Source: Azolla caroliniana (Eukaryota; Plantae; Polypodiophyta). From it: a DNA stretch of 64,000 nucleotides. Location of the stretch: the NCBI GenBank assembly GCA_043228905.1, contig JBHGNT010000021.1, forward strand, positions 13,206,001-13,270,000, read 5' to 3'. The translations under genes were made by a program, and so were the position numbers. Positions 49,429 to 60,700 of the stretch are shown here, piece after piece. The notes beneath the pieces are model-generated. The model worked only from the letters and a program-made list of their open reading frames with translations, was not told the DNA's origin and searched no databases. Every line of letters starts with the position of its first letter. The stretch's first letter is position 1.

Positions 49429-51902
49429 TTATTCAGGGGGACACGTGGCCTCCTCCATGGTGGTTTCCCGAAACGGGTTGGGTGGTGTAGTGCCTCGATA
49501 TGGTCGAAGTCGGAAACCATTGGCCCAGCTTTTGACAGTGTCGCCGGTGAGTGTGCCGAGCTGGAACGTCCCGTTGAACTCGTCGATAATCCAGAATGGA
49601 CCGGTCCACCGAAATCTTAATTTTCCCGGCATAGACCTGAGTTGTGTTTGAAAAAGAAGAACCGGTTTGCCAATGGTGAGCTCCTTTTCCAGCCCGTGTC
49701 GATGTCGATCCACGAAAGCCTTGCGTTGTCGTTGGCGTTGTTCGAGCTGGACCATACTCTCTATCCTATCTTCGCCGAGTTCGAGGAGTTGTTCCAACCG
49801 GTATTGCTCGGATTGGGCCTCGGGGAGCCGAGCTTTGATTTGAACTCGGAGGCTCGGGACTTGGAAATCTACGGGCATTACGGCTTCTAACCCGAACGCC
49901 ATTCGAAAGGGGGTTGATTGGATGCTTGTTTTGAAAGTCGTACGATACGCCCACAACGCACTCTGGAGTTTGTCATCCCAATCGGTCCTGTTTTCATTGA
50001 CGATCTTCTTCAGTATGGTTTGGAGGATTTTACTGGTTGATTCCGCCAAGCCGTTCGCCTGCGAGTAGTATGGTGTGCTTTTCTTGTGCACCACCGCGTA
50101 GTGGTGTGTAAGCTCACGTATTATATGATTGATGAAGTGCCCACCTTGGTCACTAACGAGCTCGATTAGGAATCTGTAACGGCACCAGAGGTGCTCATAC
50201 ACGAATTTAGCCATGGATGTCGTCGTGTTGTCTTGGAGTGCCTTAGCCTCGACCCATTTGGTGCAGTAATCCGTGGCAACGATAATATACCTATTCCCTG
50301 TACGGGCCGCGGGTGGTTTGAAAGGGCCTACAAAATCCAAACCCCATTTTTGAAATGTGTCCAACGGAAGAATCGGCTGGTGTGGCATGCGTGACTGTTC
50401 CATTGGTTGCCCCAGTCATTGGCACAAATCGCATTGCCGGCAAAACTCGTGAGCGTCTCTCTTCGTTGTCAGCCACCACAATCCACTTTGCCAAACTTTC
50501 CTTGCCGTGGAATCCCCGGGGTAGTGCCCCCCAGCTACTCCCTGGTGGGCCTCCTGAAGAACGACGCTCTTCTCGAATTGCCGAATCGCTCGGCGCCATA
50601 TGCCGTCCGAGCCTTTGTGGTAGAGAATGTCCGAGAGAAGGCAAAAATTCTGGCTACGCACTGCTAGGCGTTTTCTCGTGTCAAGGGGCATGTGCTCGAG
50701 AGGTAAACCGGTAGTGAGAAAATGGGTCATCTCCATGATCCATTCATCTTCGTTATCGTCTGGTATCGTGGTCAGGTTAAATAGGCTGGCGTCTAGTAGC
50801 TCGTTGTACGTTGTTTTTGCCGGTTCCCCTGACTCAAGATAGCTCAAGTAGTTGGCGACGGCATGTTGTACCCCGGGTCGATGCTGAATCTGGAAATCAA
50901 ACTCTTGGAGTAGGAGCATCCACCGAGCCAACCGTCCGGTGAGGGCTTGTTTATTGACCAAATAAAGAAGGGCCGAGTGATCCACGTGAAAGGTAAATTT
51001 TCGGCCTAAGAAGTAATGCCGGAATTTATTGATGCTATAAATCATACCGAGGGCCTCCTGCTCGGTGATGGAGTAATTCTTTTCCGCGGTCGAGAGCCGT
51101 CAGCTGGCGTAGTACATGGGCCTATACCAATTCGGGGGTGTGCATTGCATCAGGGCACTTCCGATGGCGATGTCTGAAGCATCTACGAAGACATGAAATG
51201 GTTCGGACCAAACCGGAGACTGGACCATAGGGGCATGTGATAGCATTAGTTTTAGGGTCTGATAGGCCGTGTCCTCGATTGACGTCCATTGGAAGGGAAG
51301 GCGATGGACTGCCGCGTGTAAAGGTGTCGCGAAATCGGCCAGGTGTCGTATCATTCGGCTGTGCCACCGGATCTGTCCCAAAAAATGGCTTACTGTCTTA
51401 GCGTTCGAGGGTGTGGTGGCGGTCAGGATTGCCTTTACTTTATCCGGGTCCATAGCAATGCCTTCTTGACTGACAATGTGGCCGAGAAGGTTGCCGTTGG
51501 TGACTAAGAACGCGCATTTCGCCGGGTTTAAGCTCAATCGAGCTTGGCGACAACGGTCTAGGCAGAGTCGTAACTGGGTCATGTGTTCCCGTCGATGGCC
51601 ATACACGGCGAAATCGTCGAGAAAGACTTGCATGAACGTCGGGATGTAGTCATGAAAGATTTCGGTGATGATGCGCTGGAACGTAGCCGGCGCCGTTTTT
51701 AGACCGAACATCATTACTTCTGCTGCAAAAACACCCCATTCCGTGACGAAAGCAGTTTTCTCCTGATCCTCCAGGTGCATTCTTATCTGGTTATAACCGT
51801 TGAACTCGTCGAGGAAACTGTAGCATTCGTGGCCGGCTACCGTGTCGAGGACGTTGTCCGTGAATGGGAGAGGGAAACCGTCAGTGACTGTTGCCGCGTT
51901 AA
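49429..51902 (-). pseudogene. pol: Element Z RT-RNase H-integrase
   Basis: GYNQI, MFGLKTAPATFQ, FLDD, VDASD, HHCC, WGLDFVGP, SDQG, NGLAE, WTGPF; no chromodomain. Confidence 0.95.
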
Positions 51903-51907
51903 GCTTC

Positions 51908-54900
51908 TGTTGAGCGGCAAGCTCAACCGGAGCCGGATCGGCTGAATAAGCCGGAGCCGGTAAGCGAGACGGATCGGGCGAAACGGATCGGTATGATGGT
52001 GAGCAACCGAACCGGCAAGCAGTGGAGGCCGGGTCCAATCCGTAACCGGAAGTCCAATCGGAAGCCTAGTATAGGATAGAATACTAGGTAGCTATAGTCT
52101 CGTAGTAAGTGTCAGATGCTCGTGTGAGCATTGAAGTACATGGTACTTCTGTTAGTCCCAAGAGGACTTGTATAAATAGTGTTACTTAGGACAGTGTGTA
52201 TACAGAGTCTTGAAATAATTTTGAAATAGTGTTCTGCTCTCTCTGTCTCTCCCTCTCTCTCTCTCTCTCTGTGTTGTTCTCTGTTTTACGCTTCCGCAAA
52301 CACTCACGTTTACATGGTATCAGAGCGCGAGGGTTGAGAACCTCCACTGCAGACATTTACTCTTGAGAAGAAAACCCTAACAGGTCGAAAACAGACACAA
52401 TAGAAGACATGGATAGAGGCATGGCTACGTCGCTCCCGGTGGAGAAGCTCGACAGGAGCAACTACGCATCCTGGTCTTACAAGATGCACCAGTACCTGCT
52501 TGGACACGGGTACTGGAGCTATGTCGAAGGAGCGAATGATGCGGCGCCCGACTCGGCACACAAGGACTTCCTGGTATGGGAACAGGCGGCAAGCAGGGTG
52601 ATGTACTGCTTCGCGTCCAGTGTCGGCGATCAGCTGCTTAGCCACATCTGTGACGCCAAGACACCGAAGGATGCTTGGGGGAACCTGAAAAAGGTTTTCG
52701 CCGCAAGCGCCACTGCCCGAAAGCTGCAACTCAGACAGGAGTTGAGCAATGTTCGACAGAAGAACATGTCCGTGGCATACTACACAGGCCGGATAAAGGA
52801 GATCTGCGACTCGCTCGCCTCTATCAATGTTACTGTAGAGGAAGACAAAATGGTGTAGGTATGCCTCGGAGGCCTGGCGTCCAAGTTCGGAGGATTCCGG
52901 ATTGCGGTGTGTACAAGGGAGAATAGCCCCTCATTCTTCGACTTACAGTCGATGCTCCTTGTAGAGGAGAACCACGCCGGTGCATCTACCAGTGCATCCC
53001 CGGACAACCGAATGTTGTACACGGGAACGGATCGGCTCCGTGGGCGTGGTGGAATAGGTGGGTCGGCACGCAATGGAGGCGGCCGGCAAGAGCAGGAACG
53101 GAGGCACTATGAGCGTGCCGATAGCAGTTCCGGGACTTCCACAAGCAGGGGGAGTCAAGGCGGAGCCGAAGGCCGGCAAGACAAATCCGCTACGGAATGC
53201 TGGTACTGTGGCAAAAAAGGCCACAAGGGAGAGCGAGTGCTGGAGAAAGCGTGCCGATTCGGACAAATCCGGATACGGCAAGACCGGTAATGATGGTCGG
53301 CAAAACTTGCACTACGCAAACGGATCAGGAGGATCCGGAACCGGAAAGGCCGGTAAGGGGCCATCCTTGGTGATGAATCACAAGGCAAACTCAATGAAGA
53401 AGACCACTTCCAAAACGGAGGAAGTGTGGTATGTTGATTCGGGCGCATTGAACCACATGACAAGCCACAAAGAGTGGTTCTCCTTTCTGGAGAAACCAGA
53501 TCAACCAGGAGTAGTCGAAACCGGAGACGACACTCCTCACCCAACCATGCACGTCGGAGAAGTCCCTCTAAGCCACGTCGAACAGAAAGGGAAGCTAATG
53601 AACGTATTACACGTTCTGACAATCACGAAGAACCTGGTGTCCGTCGGTCAGATTGTCGACCAGGGGATGCAGGTGCGGTTTACGCACCTCGGGTGCTTCA
53701 TTGAGGATGAGGGCAAAGTCATTGCGCAAGGGCGCAGAGACGGGAGGATGTTTATCCTCAACACCAATGACTTTGGCATCGCTCTGTTCACGAAACGACA
53801 GAAGGTCGAGTCGGACATCGACCTGTGGCACAAGCGGATAGGCCACGTCAACTACCGGAGGCTTCAAGACCTACAAACGAAACAAGTCGTTTTCGGTTTG
53901 CTGAAGTTCAGCGGCCGGAGAGCCGAAATTTGTGAAGCCTGCCAACTTGGGAAGCCACACCGGCTTCCATTCCCCACCGAATGGAACCGGAGCCGTAACA
54001 AGCTCGATCTCATCCATTCGGATGTGTGGAGACCGGCACAAAGGGTAAGCCTTGGCAGGAGCCGATACTTCGTCTCCTTTGTCGACGACTATACTCGACA
54101 TACTTGGATCTACCTCATTGAGCGGAAGAGCGAAGTCTTCGATTGTTTCTGGAGCCTCCAGAAGATGGTGGAACGGGAATCAGAGAGGAGGATCAAATGC
54201 CTTCGGTCGGATGGCGGAAAGGAATATTTTTCCGGCCAATTCACTAGTTATCTACAACAGAAGGAAATTCGGCGAGAGTTCAGCTACAGATACACACCGG
54301 AGCAAAACGGTGTGGCCGAAAGGAAGAACTGGACACTTGTTGAAGCGGCAAGGGCAATGCTGGAGGAGAAGAGCATGCCCCGGTTCTACTGGGCGGAGGT
54401 GATCCGGACGGCCGCATTACTGACAAGGTGTCAGGTCATGAGCTGTATTTCGGGCGCAAGCCGAACTTAGGACACCTTCGGATATTCGGCAACATAGCGT
54501 ATGTGCATGTGCCGGATCAAAAGCGGAGAAAGCTGGATGCAAAATCGGAAAAATGCATTCTAGTCGGCTATGCTCAAGAGCAAAAGGGTTAGAAGTGCTT
54601 TAACCCCCGGACGAAGGAAGTCCAAGTTAGCCGGGATGTCAAGTTCGATGAATCGGCATCCTGGTACTCCGTACCGACTCCGACTTCTGATCCTGACCCA
54701 ATGCCGGAAGATCAGGCTAGTGAGCCTGAATTAGCCCTGGCAGAGGATGACGAAGCTGGGACTCAAGATGAGAGTCCGGAATCGTTACGATTGAGTGGAC
54801 CGAACGAGCGACTAAGTCGGTTGGACCAGTCGGATGAAGAGACGGCAAGTGGTGGAGACTCTGCCGTGCTCTCCCCGCGCAAGGAACCGAGGAAACGGTT

Positions 54901-57834
54901 CACACGCAAAGAGAAGGGGAAGAGGAAGATGCCGGAATTCGAAACCGGCAACGATGAGTCGGATCGGTGCGTATCCGACTCCGGAAAGGAGAAAGGCGGA
55001 TCTTCGGCAACGAAGACCGACCTGGCCAAGAAGGGCCTCAAATCAGGTGACGGTGCGTTGCGCCGATCAACCCGCTAGAAGGATCCCGTCATACGGTACG
55101 GGTACAATGAATACATGGCGCATCATTATGCGTACATGACTAAGGTGACAGAAGTGCGTGAGCCAGAGAGCTACACAGAAGCGGCAGAGGACGCAAATTG
55201 GCGTGCCGCTATGGACAAAGAAATGCGGGCACTCGATGCCAATGAAACTTGGGACCTAGTTGATCCTCCCCGTCACTGTAAACCGATTGGATGCAAGTGG
55301 GTGTACAAGGTCAAGTACAACGCCGACGGTTTTGTTAACCGGTACAAAGCCCGGTTAGTGGCGAAGGGATACGCGATCGACTACGACGAGACCTTTGCTC
55401 CTATGGCGAAGATGACGACGGTTCATGTGGTACTGGCGGTTGCTGCGGCAAGGGGGTGGCATCTTCACCAGATGGATGTGAAGAACGCCTTCCTTCAAGG
55501 AGAGCTTGAAGAAGAAGTCTTTATGACTCAGCCCCCCGGATTTCACTCGGAGATGAACAAGTCGGCGGTATGCCGACTGAAGAAGTCGCTTTACGGCTTG
55601 GAGCAAGCCCCCCGAGCTTGGAACGCGAAGATCACGCACCGGTTGCATAAGCTGGGGTTTGCTGTCTCTAAGTCGAACTCTTCGTTGTTCATCCGGCAAG
55701 GCTCTGACGGTCCGGTATGTATACTCTTGTATGTGGATGATTTAGTCATCACCGGACCGGGTCTTCCCGAAATCAACCGCGTCAAGTTCTAGTTGTCGGA
55801 CGCATTCGAAATGAAGGACCTAGGGGACCTTCATTATTTTCTTGGGATCGAAGTGATCCGGACCCCCGACGGCATATTGCTCTCACAACGACATTACGTG
55901 TTGAATATGCTGTATAAGTTCGGCATGACGGATTGCCGACCTGTCTCCACACCCCTGGACCGGAACCAGAAGCTCCGTCCCAACTCCGGACTTGCCTGCA
56001 ATGAGAAACGGTTCCGACAGGTTGTCGGAAGCTTGATATACTTAACCATCACCCGACCCGACATCAGCTATCCGGTCGGCGTGGTAAGTCAGTTCATGCA
56101 GAAGCCGACCGTGGAGCACCTTCAGTGCACGCAACGAATATTACGGTATGTCAGTGGCACTCAGGACCGGGGACTGCTATACCGGCGAGGTATACCCGCA
56201 GAACTTGTCGGTTACGCAGATGCTGACTGGGCTGGCGATGCGTCTGATCGCCGCTCTACTTCCGGATACATGTTCTCCATAGGTAGCGCGGCCGTTGCGT
56301 GGAGTAGCAAGAAGCAGCCCATGGTGGCTTTGTCAAGCACTGAGGCTGAGTACCGGGCCGCTACCGTTGCCACTTGTGAAGCCATCTGGCTTCGGCGACT
56401 ACTGCGAGACTTGCGGATCGAGGTATCGACCCCGATCCCGATTTACTGCGATAACATTAGCAGCTTGCAGCTCGCCAGGAACCCTGTGTTCCATGCTCGC
56501 ACAAAGCACATCGAGGTCCACTACCACTTCGTACGTGAGCGGGTCCTGAGCGGTGAAGTTGACCTACGGTATGTTCAAACGGATCGGCAAGTTGCCGACA
56601 TCTTTACCAAGCCGCTCGGATCGGACAAGTTGCAGCACTTTACCGACATGCTTGGTATTCAGCATCTCGACGTGCCGCACTTGAGGGGGAGAAGCAAGGG
56701 CAAAGTCTCTACCGAAATGGGCAAAGGCCAAAAAACTGTTGAACCCGTCAGTAAGAGGAGAGCCGGAAGAAGAGGAGACAAGAAGATGAAGGAAGCCGAG
56801 TCGACGAAGGAAGTCGACACATCCGAACAGGTCGGAGCAAGCGGCTGTGAAGAAGAGTTGTGCACTCAGGAAGAGAAGTGCATGTTGTGCGGAGGTCATC
56901 ACGACGGTATTGACCATGATGCGGAGTCAAATGAAGAATTTGATTTCAGTTCAGCGGCTGAAGAAGCCGAGGGAAGCATGGAGAAGGCCAAGACTCGGAA
57001 GTGGTCCGACGTGGTGAGAGGCCTGAAGCCGGAAGTCGAATCGGAGTGTACCGATTCGGACAAGAGCTGGAACGAGTCGGAGACAGCCGACTCGGGTCAA
57101 CAGATGGATCCGGATGAGTCGGATCGACTGAAGGCCAAGGGGACACGGACACAGCGGAAGTCGATGCCATCGTGGGAGAACCGACGGATCGGCAAGCGCC
57201 GGAGTCACAGCAACGTGAGTGCTGAGATGGGCCTATTGAGCAGACATGCCGACCGAGAGGGTCGAGGCGCGTAGAACCAAAGAGGTCGCGGCAAACGGGA
57301 CCGGACCGGACGAGGAGCGCGAGCAAGGCGGAGTGACACCAGGAGAATTCGGTTGGAAGAACTGACTGCCATAGAGGTCGACACTATGACCCCACCTCAG
57401 GTTGAGCTTGAGGGGGAGTGTTGAGCGGCAAGCTCAACCGGAGCCGGATCGGCTGAATAAGCCGAAGCCGGTAAGCGAGACGGATCGGGCGAAACGGATC
57501 GGTATGACGGTGAGCAACCGAACCGGCAAGCAGTGGAGGTCGGGTGCAATCCGTAACCGGAAGTCCAATCGGAAGCCTAGTATAGGATAAACTACTAGGT
57601 AGCTATAGTCTCGTAGTAAGTGTCAGATGCTCGTGTGAGCATTGAAGTACATGGTACTTCTGGCAGTCCCAAGAGGACTTGTATAAATAGTGCTACTTAG
57701 CACAGTGTGTATACAGAGCCTTCAAATAATTTTGAAATAGTGTTCTGCTCTCTCTCTCTCCCCCCCCCCCCCCTCTCTCTCTCTCTCTGTGTGTTGTTCT
57801 CTATTTTACGCTTCCCCAAACACTCACGTTTACA
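51908..57834 (+). mobile_element. Full-length Ty1/Copia element C; LTRs 51908-52314 and 57419-57834
   Basis: TSD GCTTC; PBS-Met 52315-52327; PPT TTGAGGGGGAG at 57408-57418; inserted in the RT of Z. Confidence 0.97.
52409..57274 (+). pseudogene. Copia C gag-pol polyprotein with C-terminal extension
   Basis: ORFs 52409-52858, 52907-53290, 53058-54470, 54701-55078, 55115-55792 and 55793-57274 carry gag/PR/IN/RT/RH motifs in order. Confidence 0.95.
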
Positions 57835-57839
57835 GCTTC

Positions 57840-60700
57840 CGATAGTCGACGCAGACACGGATTTTTCCGTTCTTCTCTTGGACCACTACGATCGGGCTCA
57901 ACCACGTGGCCCATTTAACAGGGCGTAGTAGTTTGTCGGAGTAGTTTGTCGATTTCCTCTTTGACTTTAGCGGCGTAGTTGGGGTTCATCCTGTAGCGCC
58001 TCTGCTGAACCGACCGAGTGTTGGGTAAGATGTGAATTTGATGTTGGTAGTATTGAGGATCCAACCCCTTCATATCGGTGTAAGACCAAGTGAAAACATC
58101 CTGGTAGTCGGTGAGCAATTGTACGAGGCATGCCCGTTCTCCGGTTGGTAGATTATTGGCAATTTGTAAAGTACGGGGATTCTCGTCCGAACCGAGGTTT
58201 ATTGTTTCCAGGGTTGATGCTTTCACTCGTTGTGAAATGGCGAGTTCGCGTTCGAAAGCCTCCCGAGCATGACGTAGCTCGGCAACTGTGGTTGGATCTG
58301 GTTCATCTTGGGGTGGTGACTCCTCCGTGACTTCCTCGTCTTTAGGTGGCTCGATGGTTGGTAAGGCATTGATTTCGAAGAGAGGGATGATCGTGGGATG
58401 ATCATCTAGGAATTCATCGACCTCCTCATCGTCCAAACCGTCAAGCATATAGACCCCTTCCACGTATAACGACGAAGTGTTGAGGGCGACGGGGACTCGT
58501 TCTTCAGTGATGATTCGGACTTTTGTCTTGCCTCTTCGGAATGAGATCATGTTGCGTTGCCAATGTTGCTTGATATTCGCTGTACGCAACCATGGTCGAC
58601 CTAGTAACATTGGGTAGGCGCCTTGTGTCTCCAGTCTTAGCACGACGGCCGAGATCGTGAACATGTGGCCTCCGAGTGTGAAGTCGAGATGGCGGATTAA
58701 ACCAATGGGGCGAACGGAGCGGGTGTCGGCCATCCGAAGCCAAAAGGGGCATGGTTCCCATTGATTCAGGTTGAGGTTGTGACACGTTGACTTGCTATTA
58801 ACGTTTACGCTGGATCCGCCGTCGATGATGCATCCGTGCAGGTCTTGTCCCTTAATGATGATTCGCACGGCTGGGTTCTGAGAATCCATGAGTGGTGGAC
58901 CAGTTCCTGCTTCGGTGAGGTGTACCGGTGGTGTCACGAGCTTAGTATTGGCCTGGAGTGCCGCCAGGGTGTCCCGAAATCTCGGCATGAGTGGTAACAG
59001 TTTATGTAGGGGCAGCGAGATGCGGGAGTAGGTAAGAACATCCCATAGCTGGTCGTCCTCCGACGACGTGGATGGTATCGAGGTTTGTGGTGCTTCACTG
59101 GGCCCGTCTCTCATGTCAGTTTGCATGCGCACGGCATTATTTTTATTGGCCGTGTCGATCCATTCTTTTGCTGCCTGACGGACTTCATCCTGGATTTGCC
59201 ACTGAGTAGTCTGCGCTTTACTCCGGGTAGTGACCGTTTGAACATCGGCCATGATACTTTTCACCGCGGGTGCCTTGCCACGGTTGGTTGTTGGACATTG
59301 TGTGGCGTAGTGGCCTGGTTGGTTACATTTAAAACATGTAACGTTGGCCGAGCTACTGGTGTCCGCTCGGTTTGTGTGTGGAAGTTGTTGTTGTTGATTC
59401 TCAATCTCGTTTGGTGGTGGGTTGTTCCGAGGTGCGTTGGAGTTGTGTTGGTCATTTTGAGGAGCATCCCGTCGGCGGTTTTCGTTAGGTCTTCTATTGT
59501 TGCGTGTGTTGCGGTTGCCGTTTCGTCGATCAATGCGTGAGTTCCGTCAGTCATACCGGTCATCGCGATCGTCATCATATCGAGCATAATCGTCGTGCCG
59601 GTCATCGCGATAATGATCATGGCGGTCATCACGTCCGTAGTTGTCGTCTCCGCGCCGTCGATCCGGGGATCGCGGTCGGTCGTTATCCTAGTCTCGGTAG
59701 ACATATCACTCGTCCTGCCGAGAGTATGTATTTCATGGCTCGATCTGGCGGACCGGTGCCGCCGTTGTGCGGTTCAGCATATTATATTCGCACTGCTCGA
59801 CAGTGTGAGCTCGAGACTGACAGATCGGACATTGTGGTCGGTGGGGACATTCGAGGGCCAGGTGCCCTAATCCTAAACACGCCGTGCATTGGAGAGCTTG
59901 GCGAAAGCGATTGTCCTCTTGGGGAAGAGCATTTTGTAAGGATGCCATCGAGAAGGTTGCGTCGTGCTGGGTCCGATCGAGGGTGAGAACCCGCGCTATG
60001 ACTTGTTCGATAGTATGGTTGGCGAAATTTGTAAGTGCGAGAGTCATTTGGAGAGGCTCTCATAAACTGGATAGGAAAGTTTCCGGCATATGTTGTGCCA
60101 AGACATCATTGGCCACTTGTCTGTAGAGATCCTGGAACCGAATCGTGAACTGCGCGACTGTTTCGTGCGGTTCCTGGCATATAGAGAAGAATTGCCGGAG
60201 CAGTTCCCGTTTAGGCACCTCGCGATGAAAAAGTTCAAGGAACTTTGTGCGCACGATTTGGAAAGTGGGTGCCTCTCCTATTTCGAGGCGAGAGTACCAT
60301 CGTGTGGCCGGTCCATCAAGGGAGAGTGTGAACTCGGCAATATTTGAGGCATCGATTTCGGCCGGCGTGAGGCGGTGCGTTGAGTGGTTGGCCTGCCACG
60401 TGGATATGAAGGCACGGATGTGTGACTCCGCGCCTGCTCCGTCGGTGTATCGTGGGTATGGGTACGGCATGATGTCGTACTCTGGGTCTTCTGGTAGCAC
60501 CAGAAAAGGGTTTAGTTTAGGTTGATTGACCTCCGGAGGGCTCGACGAGGGTTTTGGTGGTGAATCAACTCGCTATTGAGTGTTCGGTGGCGAGGATTGC
60601 ACTGGGGAAGCCTCTGATTGCTCGGGAAAGGATTGGTCAGTGACCACTGAGTCGAAAGTTTCTTCGACTGGCTCAGGGCGTCGGGCGGGTGGCCCAGACC
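57840..60700 (-). pseudogene. gag: Element Z gag-protease-RT start
   Basis: SLDGPATRWY; knuckles CTACLGLGHLALEC, CPICQSRAHTVEQC and CFKCNQPGHYATQC; protease IIDGGSSVN; MLLGRPW; YRMNPNYA. Confidence 0.92.
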
